Assembly: GCA_002269645.1 (NCBI GenBank)
Contig: NIVC01002150.1
Location: forward strand, 124,001 to 188,000
Direction of reading: 5' to 3'
From: Macrostomum lignano
Taxonomy: Eukaryota
DNA: 64,000 nt
The translations under genes were made by a program, and so were the position numbers. Within the stretch, counting starts at the first letter, position 1. Every line of letters starts with the position of its first letter. The notes below the pieces were generated by a model, which was given only the letters and a program-made list of their open reading frames with translations, did not search any database and was not told the origin of the DNA. Positions 1 to 11,924 of the stretch are shown piece after piece.

Positions 1-462
1 CTCTGGATTTTCCCCGCTCCCATTCTCGCAGCGCCCCTCGGAGCCGGCGATCTCTTCAGGTCGTGCAGCGCCTCGGTGCCCGGCCTGTCGCGGGACAAGC
101 TGGCATCGGGCCAGCAGATTTTCTCTCTGGCCCCACCGGCCGAGCTGCGGGGCGGCCCAGCAAGCGTGACCGAACCGCCTGTGGGCGACGGCGACTCTCC
201 GTGCCCGTTCGCTCAGACGAAGAACTTCACCTTCGAGGGCAAGCCGTGCCTTGGCGGTGCTCCCTGCTTCACGGACCGGGTCTGCCTGTCCGCAGAACCG
301 AAGTCTCTGGATGGGGACAGGTACCGCTGCAGCAAGGGCGTCCGGCTTGAGGAGTTCAGCCAGGTGGCCTTTGTGTACATTGGCTCATGTAACGGCTTGC
401 ACCTGTATGAGCGAGTGATAGTGCACCCACAGATGTGCGTACTGCTAACACTTGAGCATTGA
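1..462 (+). CDS. 3' coding fragment of an unidentified Cys-containing protein (open from base 1)
   Basis: Frame 1 is open from position 1 to TGA at 460-462 with GC-rich codon-like composition. It is followed by an AT-rich 3'UTR-like stretch with an AATAAA near 643. No family recognised. Confidence 0.4.
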   Translation, partial: LWIFPAPILAAPLGAGDLFRSCSASVPGLSRDKLASGQQIFSLAPPAELRGGPASVTEPPVGDGDSPCPFAQTKNFTFEGKPCLGGAPCFTDRVCLSAEPKSLDGDRYRCSKGVRLEEFSQVAFVYIGSCNGLHLYERVIVHPQMCVLLTLEH

Positions 463-839
463 ATCTGTTTGTAATTACATGTATTCCTGCTGCATGTCCA
501 GCTACATACTCAGGTGCTTTTCTACCCTGTCAATCAATGTTTTTGCAGTTACAGCAACTCTTTTTTATCCAAGCACTGAATACGTACCATGTTTTTTTCT
601 ACTTTTAAACTTGTTTTTGTAAAGTTTTTTTATAAATATGTAAATAAATTAAGCGGATTTTCATCTGGTCTGGTCTAAGCCTGATTGGCCCAGAAATTCA
701 ATGAAAAAGATGAAACCTTAAGCCGAAGGCTTTTTTAAACATTTTCTAAGGAAAAATATTCATACACAAGGGTATGCATGGATGTGTTCAGACATAATAG
801 TTGGTTGGCAATAGCCCCGTTTATAGTCTAATAAACTGC

Positions 840-918
840 ATGGACTACTACTGTTTAGCTGTCCATGTCAGCTAGCCCAGTATATCGCATATGCATGGTG
901 AATCGTCGCGCACGTTAG
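840..918 (+). repeat. Left copy of the 79-bp duplication flanking the LINE (right copy 3151-3229)
   Basis: ATGGACTACT...ACGTTAG occurs at 840-918 and 3151-3229 with two C/T differences. Confidence 0.92.
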
Positions 919-3150
919 AGAGACTGGTGCTCTGGCGCCTCCTCTCTGTGGAACTGAAGAACAAGCCGCTCAGTGAGAACCAGCACGCCTTTCGGGCAGG
1001 CAGGTCCACGGAGAGCGCGCTTCACGTTCTGGTTGACATGCTGGAGAAAGCCGTTCTTGGTAATGGCTACGCTCTCGCTGTCTTCCTCGACATTGTTGAA
1101 GCCTTCGATAATGTCCTCTTTGAGGCTTTTGACAGAGCTCTACGTGCTAGAGGAACCCACTCGCACCTCACCCGGTGGATCATGTATATGATCAGCCACC
1201 GTACTGCCACCGCACACCTGTTGGGCCACCAACGGACGGTAACCGTCTGCAAAGGCAGCCTCCAGGGCGGTGTCCTCTCTCCAGTTCTCTGGAACATGGT
1301 CATCGATGAGCTCCTCCAGGACAGCCATCTTGACCCCATCCTCAAGGTCGGTTACGCCGATGATGTCACAGCCGTGGCATCCGGACCGTCACCTGAAACC
1401 CTTAGGGACCTGCTGCAAAACTGTATTCGCTCTGCTGAACGATGGGCGGACAGGTGCGGCCTCAGACTCTCTGAGACCAAAACTGTCGCGATCATGTTCA
1501 CCAGCAGGGTAAACTGGCGTATTCGCCCACTAAGCTTTACGGGATGGAAATTCCATCCTGTAAGCAAACCAAGTGTCTCGGCGTTACGCTGGACCACCGG
1601 CTGAGCTGGTCCACCCACGTCCAGGCCAAAACCAAAAAAGCCCTCGCGATTCTTGCGCAGCTGCGCAGAGCCGTCGGCACCACCTGGGGCCTCACCCCGA
1701 AGCGGCTCTGGTGGATCTACACCGCAATGGTCCGACCGGCCGTTACTTACGCCGGCCTGGTCTGGACCAGCGCCTTGCAGATTAAAACCTGCCACGAAGC
1801 CCTCAAAAAGGTGCAGGGACGTGCGTGCCGCATGATCCTGAATGCCCCGCTCTCTACTCCCTTTGACGGCCTCAACGCCTTTCTTTGCCTCCCGCCTCTG
1901 GACATCTTTGTCCGTCGCGAGGCTGCTAAAACCACCCGCCGGCTCATCGAGGCTGGCGTTAGCTTCAAGCCACTAAGAGCGATGACGAAGCGCAAGCTCC
2001 TGCCGCACTCTGACCCAGTTCTGGAGGAGAGTGGGAGTGCGGCTGTCCTTTCGGACGCTGAGCCGCGCTCCCTCAGTCTCTACCAACGCTTCAAGGTCAT
2101 TATCCCCTCCAGGGAGAACACCAACGACAGCTGGGCCCCTCAGGAGGTTCACTGCTTTACTGACGGATCCTCCAAAGACGGTTTATCCGGCTTTGGAGTC
2201 TGCATCCTTATCAACGGCCGCGTGATTGCTACTCACGCCCAACACACTGGCAGACTCTCCAGCGTCTTCCAGAATGAAGTCCTTGCCATCAGCTCCTGTG
2301 CAGCTGAGCTCCACTGCAGGGACTTCAAGGACAGAAGAGTCTTCTTCCACTCTGACAGCCAGGCCGCTTTACAGGCCCTGTGTCACATCACTACGAACTC
2401 CCGAACAGTCCGCGACTGTATCGGGCAGCTCAACAAGCTGGCTCGGAGGAACACCGTCCGGCTCACGTGGATCCCAGGACACGCCGGCTTCAAAGGTAAC
2501 GAGCTCGCCGACTCCCTCGCTAAGGCGGGCTGTTTCGGCTCGCCCCTTGGCCCCGTGCCCCTGGCCCCCATCCCCGCCACAGTCATTAATCGTCAGATTA
2601 ACGACTGGGCAGATATCCTGCACTTGCGCAGATGGGATGGTATCTCCAACTGCCGCCAATCTCGTGCGGCAGTGCCCAATCCGTCCCTCAAGCTGCGGAG
2701 AATCCTTTTGAACCAAAATCGAAAAGATATCCGCGCTCTCACTATGACCTTCACAGGTCACGGTTGCCTTGCCAGGCACTGTTTCCTCCGAAGTGCCCGC
2801 CGGAGCGAACTCTGCCCTTTCTGCAACCCCGAGAACAAAGACGCCAAGCACTTCGTCTGCTACTGCTCGGCCTTCAACCGAGACCGGCTCAACCACCTCG
2901 GGCCCAACCCGTCCCTGGTCGACGTTTGCTGGCCTGAGAACATCCCACGGCTCATCCGGTTCCTCCGGGCCACCAAGCGAGCCTCCGTCTTCTTTACCGA
3001 AGACAACGCTGCAGACAGGACCGGCAGACCTCCCTGACCGGCCCCGCGCCCTAGCCTATGCGGGTCTTTCAGGGATTAGCGGAATGGGCGACGCTCGCCT
3101 CCCCGCTGCGTCTTCGGACCGCCTGCAGCTAAGTTAAGTCAAGTAAGTCA
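919..3150 (+). mobile_element. 5'-truncated non-LTR retrotransposon, Loa/Lian-Aa1-like (I/R1 group), RT + RNase H + C-terminal Cys/His motif, frameshifted
   Basis: RT motifs (NQHAFRAGRST, FLDIVEAFD, QGGVLSPVLWN, YADD) lie in ORF 891-1604. A 1-bp frameshift falls near 1535 (RPLS|LYGMEIP). ORF 1544-3037 has TWGLTPK..WIYTAMVRP, RNase H (FTDGS, FQNEVLAI, SDSQAAL, WIPGHAG..GNELADSLAK) and CPFC..HF..C. The 3' tail is (TAAG)-like at 3130-3150. Flanked by a 79-bp direct repeat. Confidence 0.93.
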
Positions 3151-3989
3151 ATGGACTACTACTGTTTAGCTGTCCATGTCAGCTAGCCCAGTATATCGCA
3201 TATGCATGGTGAATCGTTGCGTACGTTAGACACAATTAAAACAGTGCATTGCTTGCTCTTCAACATTGCCCTTATTGAGCAGTATAGTATCGATGCAGTC
3301 CCAGAGCAGGTTCTGCATTTACGTGACGTATACCACACACCTGCAGTTATGCACGGGGGAATGCCGCAAAAAGAATTCGCGACGTGTTTTCCGCGCGTTT
3401 CATGCATCTCAGATTCAGTTGCTGAATATGGAAGCAGAAAAAATGCATGGGAATTCCGTTTGCATTCTTTCGTTTCCGGTCATCCCAGATGTTGTGAAAC
3501 TCGAAGAACGCTTTATTAAATGCTCGAAATGAGGCCAGGTCCAAAGTTCAAAATGTTGCTATTTTACATGTATATCAATTTTTATATCGGATGCCCTTTT
3601 ACCGTCCTTTACCGGAGAAGTACCAGTACACTGGATGCATGGCATGCAGCCCACGAAGCAGGTGTCTCTGCAGTCTGAGCCTTTTTGCGACCACGAGACT
3701 ATTCGAAGCTTAGGGATTATCGAATTTATAAGTGGCTGATGGATGTACATTTTGTATCTACTGTAATATGTATAGGCGTACACACAGGGACTACTAAATT
3801 CTGTCAGTAGTCCCTGGGCGTACATGCTGTATACAGTACTCGTACTAGCAATCTTCGCCCCCCGTTGGGGGACATCTGGATAGAATCTCTGTTCTCTACA
3901 AGTAACAAAAAGACAGCCAAATAAAGCCTTCACAAAGACGACAGACAAACTGCTCAAATAAAGTGTAATGCAAAAAGAAATCATCCCAA

Positions 3990-4078
3990 GACAGCAAGCA
4001 TCCCCCAGATGGCAAGCATCCCCCAGATTGCAAGCATCCCCCAGATAGCAAGCATCCCCAAATAGTAAGCATCCACCA
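3990..4078. repeat. Short tandem repeat, about 19 bp x about 5 (GCAAGCATCCCCCAGAT)
   Basis: Visible tandem copies inside Helitron copy 1. Confidence 0.8.
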
Positions 4079-4179
4079 TACAATAAGTAGCTAGTGCTAC
4101 AATTTCCTTAGCTCTATAGTGGCTCCTTTAAAGTTAGCATGACGCTTACTTTTACGTTTGAAATTGTGTAAATTTTATG

Positions 4180-6030
4180 TTTGAGATGGTGGCTCTTTAA
4201 TGTTTGATTCGGGGTTTTTTATTGTCTGACATGGTGGCTCTTTAATGTTGGACATGGTGACTCTATAATGTTAGACATGGTGGCTCTTTAATGTTCGACA
4301 TGGTGGCTCTTTAATGTTTGAACATGGAGTCACATATATGTTTGACATTGTGGCTCTTTTATGGTTGACATGGTGGCTCTTTAAATGTTTGACATGGTGG
4401 CTGTTTTATGTTTGACATGGTGGCTCTTTTATGTTTGACATGGTGGCTCTTTAATGTTAGACATGGTGGCTCTTTATTGTTTGACCTGGTGGCACCTTAA
4501 TGTAATGTTGGCTCTTTAATGTTTGAAATGGTGGCTCTTTAATGTTTGACATGGTGGCTCTTTTATGTTCGACATGGTGGCTCTTTAATGTTTGACATGG
4601 TGGCTCTTTAATGTTTGACATGGTGGCTCTTTTAATTTCGACATAGTGGCTCTTTTATAATTGACATGGTGGCTCTTTAATGTTCGACATGGTGGCTCTT
4701 TTAATTTCGACATGGTGGCTCTTTTATAATTGACATGGTGGCTCTTTAATGTTTGACTTGGTGGCCCTTTAATGTTCGACATGGAGTCATGTATATGTAT
4801 GACATGGAGTCATGTATATGTTTGACATGGTGGCTCTTTGATGTTTGACATTGTGCTATTTAATTTTCGATATTCCGGCTCATTAATGTTTTACATTGTG
4901 ATTATTTAATGTTTGACATAGTGGCTCTTTAAAGTTCGACATGGTGGCTCTTTAATGTTCGACATGGTGGCTCTTGAATGTCTGACATGGAGTCATGTAT
5001 ATGTTTGACAAAGTGGCTCTTTAAAGTTCGACATGGTGGCTTTTTAATGTTTGACATGGTGGCTGTTTTATGATTTACATGGTGGCTCTTTTATGTTTGA
5101 AATGGTGGCTCTTTTATGATTGACGTGGTGGCTCTTTAATTTTTGACATGGTGGCGCTTTAATGTTTGACATGGAGTCAGTCACGTGTATGTTTGACATG
5201 GTGGCTCTTTACTGTTCGACATGGTGGCTCTTTTATGTTTGGCATGGTGGCTCTTTATTGTTCGACAAGGTGGCTCTTTAATGTTTTACATGGTGGCTCT
5301 TTAATGTTTGACATAGTGGCTCTTTTATGATCGACATGGTGGCTCTTTAATGTTCGACATGGTGGCTCTTTTATGTTTGGCATGGTGGATCTTTCATGTT
5401 TGAGATGATAGCTCTTTTATGTTTGAAATGATAGCTCTTATATGTTTGACATGGTAGGTCTTTATTGTTTGACATGGTAGCTCTTTTATGTTTGACTCGG
5501 TGGCTCTTTAGTGTTCGATATAGTGGCTCTTTAATGTTCGACATGGTGGCTATTTTATGTTTGGCATGGTGGCTCTTGAATGTTTGACATGGTGGCTCTT
5601 GAATGTTTGATATGGTGACTCTTGAATGTTTGACATGGTGGCTCTTTTATGTTTGACTTGGTGGCTCTTTACTGTTTGACATGATGCCTCTTGAATGTTT
5701 GACATGGTAGGTCTTTAATGTTTGACATGGTAGCTCTTTAATGTTTGACTTGGTGGCTCTTTAATGTTCGATATGGTGGTTCTTTAATGTTTGATATTGT
5801 GGCTCTTTAATGTTCGAAATGGTGGTTCTTTAATGTTTGACATAAAGTCACTTTTACGTTTGACATAGTGGCTCTCTAATGTTTGACATAGTGGCTCTTT
5901 AATATTCTACATGGTGGCTCTTTAATGTTTGACATAGTGGCTCTTTAATGTTCGACATGGTGGCTGTTTTATGTTTGACACGGTGGCTTTTTAATGTTCG
6001 ACATGGTGGTTCTTTAATGTTTGATATGGT
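4180..6030. repeat. Satellite array, about 23-bp unit GACATGGTGGCTCTTTAATGTTT, roughly 80 degenerate copies
   Basis: Direct inspection. The array fills the interior of Helitron copy 1. Confidence 0.95.
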
Positions 6031-6102
6031 GGCTCTTCTTTTGCGCTTCTTTTATGTTTTGCAGTTTAGTGTTTTCAAGGTGTTTTATAAAAAAATTATT
6101 TT

Positions 6103-6170
6103 GCACTAATAAGATTCGAACCCAGGTCGCTACGTTGGCAGTCCAGTCTGTTCGTATCTAAGCTATCTCT
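6103..6170 (-). pseudogene. tRNA-like remnant (A/B-box) inside the Helitron 5' region; second copy about 11097-11163
   Basis: Minus strand reads AGATAGCTTAGAT...GACTGCCAAC...GACCTGGGTTCGAATC, with a B-box GGTTCGAATC. The second copy has GACTGCAAAT in the anticodon-like loop. Acceptor stem does not pair. Confidence 0.5.
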
Positions 6171-6637
6171 TCTCAATTGGAGTACATGAATTGTGGCCCT
6201 TATAATTCAATTCTTACTGCAAGTCAATTAAAGTAAAAAGTTATGACATAATCAATTTCTCAGTCAGCCAGTATCAGTCTCAGTTCAAGTTAGCAATATT
6301 GGTTACGCAATTTAAATCAAGTCGTGTGTGCATTTCTTCGACACTGTTTTCAACTTGTTGTGATGCAATCCTTATCAGAATTGAAATTCAGTCAGTCAGG
6401 TTTTTCTCTAGCATTCTTACAATGCATTTCAAGTCGAAAATTTTGCTTGACCTTTGCAAAAAAGCATGTTTTTCGAATATTTAATCCCTTTAACATTGAG
6501 CAATTTCTTAGCCAGGATGCATGTACCGTCCCAGGAAAATTTCTGATCAAATGGTGAAAGTTTGAAGAAAATCGGTTGAGCCATTTTTTCTGAAATCTAT
6601 CGCATACCGACAGACAACTCATTTTTAGTATATAGGA

Positions 6638-9600
6638 CTAGCAATCTACGCCCCCCGTTGGGGAGCCAAAGAAATGCAATACACGTTTTTTTAATAAGCT
6701 ACATGTATCCTTGAAATCTTAAAAAATCTCCTGTCAAACCTTGTAAGCCTTGACATGTCAGTAATTCCCCCCCCACAAGCTTTAACATATCAACTTCCCC
6801 CCTTGACATCTCAGCAATGCCCCCAATAAGCCTTGGAAATCTAAAAATATCTGTCAACCTTCTAACCCTAACCCTAGCCTAACCCTAACCCTTACCCTAA
6901 CCTAACCCTAAGCATTGAAATTTCAGTAATTCTCTCTAAGAGTCATAATAGCACTACTACAGGATTATAGCGATTCCCTACAAGCCTCGACATCGTAGGG
7001 ATTCCCAAATGAATCTCTTAACTTCGACATGAAGCTTTTATTTTTTACATTACGCTTTTTTATTATCAGCGATCCCTCCCCTGAGGAGGCATCAAATAAT
7101 GTAATAAAAAGTTACAATAAGTTTTCAATAAACTACATGTAGCTTCTGACTTTAGCCTTGAAATCTCATTTATACCCCCGTGAGCCTTGACATCTCAGCT
7201 ATTCCCCCGTAAGCCTTGACATGTCAGCGATGGCCCCATAAACCTTGAAATCTAAAAAATCCCCTGTTAACCTTGAAACCCGATAAAATATAACCCTCAA
7301 CCCAAACCTGACCTAAACCTAACTTTAACCCAACCTAAAGCCTTGAAATCTCAGCAATTCTTCTCCCCTAAGCCTTGACATTTTAGTGATTCCTTCTTTA
7401 AGAATCACAGCACTATAACGATTTCCACCAAGCTTTGACATCGTAGCAATTCCCAAATGAATCTTTTAACTTCGACATGACTTTTCTTTTATGTATACAT
7501 AGTGCTACTTTTATTTTTTACATGACTCTTCTTCTATCAGCGCCCCCCCGTGGCGAGCCAACAAAGAATGCAATAAAAAAATTGAGTAAAGTACATGAAC
7601 TTTGAAGTAGCTTCTGACTTTTGCTTTGACATCTCAGAAACCCCCCCCCCGTAATCTCAGTTATTCTCTGAGAGCCTTTACGTCTCAGTTTTTCTCCCCA
7701 GCACAGCATTATAGCTGCATTTAACTTTTACATGACGCTTCTATGATTGTTTACATGACGCTTCTATGATTTTTTAAATTACGCTTCTATGATTTTTAAA
7801 TGACGCTTCTATGATTTTTAAATGACGCTTCTATGATTGTTTACATGACGCTTCTATGATTTTTTAAATGACGCTTCTATGATTGTTTACATGACGCTTC
7901 TATGATCTTTTAAATGACGCTTCTATGATTGTTTACATGACGCTTTTATGATTGTTTACATGACGCTTCTATGATTGTTTACATGACGCTTTTATGATCG
8001 TTCACATGACGCTTCTATAATTTTTTACATGACGCTTCTATGATTTTTTAAATGACGCTTCTATGATTTTTATATGACGCTTCTATGATTGTTTACATGA
8101 CGCTTCTATGATTTTTTAAATTACGCTTCTATGATTTTTAAATGACGCTTCTATGATTTTTAAATGACGCTTCTATGATTGTTTACATGACGCTTCTACG
8201 ATTTTTTACATGACGCTTCTATGATTGTTTACATGACGCTTCTATGATTGTTTACATGACGCTTCTATGACTTTTTTAAATGACGCTTCAATGATTGTTT
8301 ACATGACGCTTCTATGATTTTTTACATGACGCTTCTATGATTTTTTACATGACGCTTCTACGATTTTTTACATGACGCTTCTATGATTGTTTACATGACG
8401 CTTCTATGATTGTTTACATGACGCTTCTATGATTGTTTACATGACGCTTCTATGATTTTTTAAATTACGCTTCTATGATTTTTAAATGACGCTTCTATGA
8501 TTTTTAAATGACGCTTCTATGATTGTTTACATGACGCTTCTGTGATTTTTTAAATGACGCTTCTATGATTTTTATATGACGCTTCTACGATTTTTTACAT
8601 GACGCTTCTATGATTGTTTACATGACGCTTCTATGATTTTTTACATGACGCTTCTACGATTTTTTAAATGACGCTTCTATGATTGTTTACATGACGCTTC
8701 TATGATTTTTTAAATGACGCTTCTATGATTGTTTACATGACGCTTCTATGATTGTTTACATGACGCTTCTATGATTTTTTAAATGACGCTTCTATGATTT
8801 TTTACATGACGCTTCTACGATTTTTTACATGACGCTTCTATGATTGTTTACATGACGCTTCTATGATTGTTTACATGACGCTTCTATGATTGTTTACATG
8901 ACGCTTCTATGATTGTTTACATGACGCTTCTATGATTGTTTACATGACGCTTCTATAATTTTTTACATGACGCTTCTATGAGTTTTTAAATGACGCTTCT
9001 ATGATTTTTATATGACGCTTCTACGATTTTTTACATGACGCTTCTATGATTGTTTACATGGCGCTTCTATGATTTTTTACATGACGCTTCTATGATTGTT
9101 TACATGACGCTTTTATGATTGTTTACATGACGCTTCTATGATTTTTTAAATTACGCTTCTATGATTTTTAAATGACGCTTCTATGATTTTTTAAATGACG
9201 CTTCTATGATTGTTTACATGACGCTTCTATGATTTTTTAAATGACGCTTCTATGATTTTTTAAATGACGCTTCTATGATCTTTTAAATGACGCTTCTATG
9301 ATTGTTTACATGACGCTTTTATGATTGTTTACATGACGCTTCTATGATTGTTTACATGACGCTTTTATGATTGTTCACATGACGCTTCTATAATTTTTTA
9401 CATGACGCTTCTATGATTTTTTAAATGACGCTTCTATGATTTTTATATGACGCTTCTATGATTGTTTACATGACGCTTCTATGATTTTTTAAATTACGCT
9501 TCTATGATTTTTAAATGACGCTTCTATGATTTTTTACATGACGCTTCTATGATTTTTTAAATGACGCTTCTATGATTGTTTACATGACGCTTCTATGATT

Positions 9601-11707
9601 GTTTACATGACGCTTCTATGATTGTTTACATGACGCTTTTATGATTGTTCACATGACGCTTCTATAATTTTTTACATGACGCTTCTATGAGTTTTTAAAT
9701 GACGCTTCTATGATTTTTATATGACGCTTCTACGATTTTTTACATGACGCTTCTATGATTGTTTACATGACGCTTCTATGATTTTTTACATGACGCTTCT
9801 ATGATTGTTTACATGACGCTTCTATGATTTTTTTAAATTACGCTTCTATGATTTTTAAATGACGCTTCTATGATTTTTTAAATGACGCTTCTATGATTGT
9901 TTACATGACGCTTCTATGATTTTTAAATGACGCTTCTATGATTTTTTAAATGACGCTTCTATGATTGTTTACATGACGCTTCTATGATTTTTTAAATGAC
10001 GCTTCTATGATTGTTTACATGACGCTTCTATGATCTTTTAAATGACGCTTCTATGATTGTTTACATGACGCTTTTATGATTGTTTACATGACGCTTCTAT
10101 GATTTTTTACATGACGCTTCTATGAGTTTTTAAATGACGCTTCTATGATTTTTATATGACGCTTCTACGATTTTTTACATGACGCTTCTATGATTGTTTA
10201 CATGACGCTTCTATGATTTTTTACATGACGCTTCTATGATTGTTTACATGACGCTTCTATGATTTTTTAAATTACGCTTCTATGATTTTTAAATGACGCT
10301 TCTATGATTTTTTAAATGACGCTTCTATGATTGTTTACATGACGCTTCTATGATTTTTTAAATGACGCTTCTATGATTTTTTAAATGACGCTTCTATGAT
10401 TGTTTACATGACGCTTCTATGATTTTTAAATGACGCTTCTATGATTGTTTACATGACGCTTCTATGATCTTTTAAATGACGCTTCTATGATTGTTTACAT
10501 GACGCTTTTATGATTGTTTACATGACGCTTCTATGATTGTTTACATGACGCTTTTATGATTGTTCACATGACGCTTCTATAATTTTTTACATGACGCTTC
10601 TATGATTGTTTACATGACGCTTCTATGATTTTTATATGACGCTTCTACGATTTTTTACATGACGCTTCTATGATTTTTAATATGACGCTTCTACGATTTT
10701 TTACATGACGCTTCTATGATTGTTTACATTACGCTTCTATGATTGTTTCATGACGCTTCTATGATTTTTTACATGACGCTTCAATGATTGTTTACATGAC
10801 GCTTCTATGATTTTTTACATGACGCTTCAATGATTTTTAACATGACGCTTCTATGATTGTTTACATGACGCTTCTATGATTTTTACATGACGCTTCTATG
10901 ATTTTTTACATGACGCTTCAATGATTTTTAACATGACGCTTCTATGATTGTTTACATGACGCTTCTATGATTTTTACATGACGCTTCTATGATTGTTTCA
11001 TGACGCTTCTATGATTTTTACATGACATGACATGACGCTTCTATGATCATGACGCTTTATTTGTCCTTGAATAAAAGCTTTTAATAAAAAACTTTTCACT
11101 ACTAAGATTCGAACCCAGGTCGCTGCATTTGCAGTCCAGTCTGTTCACATCTAGGCAAGCTCTTATCGAATTTATAAATGAAATTGTAGCGCTTATATAA
11201 TTCAACACTCACTCACGAAGCAGTTATGACATAATCAATTTCCCAGGCAAGTCAGTATCAGTCTCAATTAAAGTTGAGAATATGGTTACGCAATCTAAAT
11301 CAAGTCTGGTGCTACGCTTCCACACTGCATTTTCAATACTGTGACGCAATTCAAGCTGGAGTTACAATTCAGTTATGATGCAATCTATTTCAGAATCAGA
11401 ATTCAACCAGTCAGTTTTTTCTCTAGCATTCTTACAATGCATTTCAAGTCGAAAAGTTTGCTTGACCTTTGCAAAAAAGCATGTTTTCGAATATTTAATC
11501 GCTTTAACATGGAGCAATTTCTTAGCCAAGATGCATGTACCGTCACGGGAAAATTTCTGATCGAACAGTGCAAGTTCGAAGAAAATCGGTCCAACCATTT
11601 TTTCTCTAATCGATTGCGTACAAGCAAACAAGCAAGATTTTCATTTTTAGTATATAGGACAAGCATACAAACAAACAAACAAATATTAGAGATTTAGTAT
11701 ATTTAGA
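6638..11707 (-). mobile_element. Non-autonomous Helitron copy 2 with a second 23-bp satellite
   Basis: 3' hairpin GCTCCCCAACGGGGGGC plus CTAG (6641-6638). An inner 5' TCCTATATACTAAAAATG lies at 11659 and an outer 5' A|TCTAAATATAC at 11707, with (CAAA)n between them. Flanks of the whole pair are A(3844) and T(11708), with no TSD. Confidence 0.85.
7725..11050. repeat. Satellite array, about 23-bp unit CATGACGCTTCTATGATTGTTTA, roughly 145 homogeneous copies
   Basis: Direct inspection. About 4 copies of the same unit occur reverse-complemented at 46816-46910. Confidence 0.97.
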
Positions 11708-11924
11708 TGTACCGTTCGTACATGTAGATAATATTGCCAAGGACTACTAAAGTTTCTAACTATCCTTAAATATGTATAGCATACATGCAGTATATAGTAG
11801 AGACATTATAATTGCATCACTGTATACCAGGTAAAGGTAGCGAAGAAATATAAAACTTATTATGAATGAAGTTTCTTGCAGTTTTGACAACGAGAAAACG
11901 AAACGTACATCATTTATAGACGTA

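Larger units (their letters stand above)
3845..6637 (-). mobile_element. Non-autonomous Helitron copy 1 with internal 23-bp satellite
   Basis: On the minus strand it starts TCCTATATACTAAAAATG at 6637 and ends with a CCCCCAACGGGGGG hairpin about 11 nt before CTAG (3848-3845), followed by T. Its 5' ~570 bp (6060-6637) is homologous to 11070-11659. Confidence 0.85.
680..11800 (-). repeat. Host dispersed repeat (inverted copy of 14860-15400), interrupted by the LINE and the Helitron pair
   Basis: About 680-800 is the reverse complement of about 15290-15400. About 3530-3840 is the reverse complement of about 14950-15260. About 11710-11770 continues the match to about 14870-14945, so the repeat is restored when 3845-11707 is removed. 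Confidence 0.75.

Noticed and set aside
1067-2896. Antisense and alternate-frame ORFs over the LINE, and those over TRAK, bystin, the VWA gene and STN1 exons
   Set aside because: They are shadows of GC-rich coding sequence on the other strand or frame.
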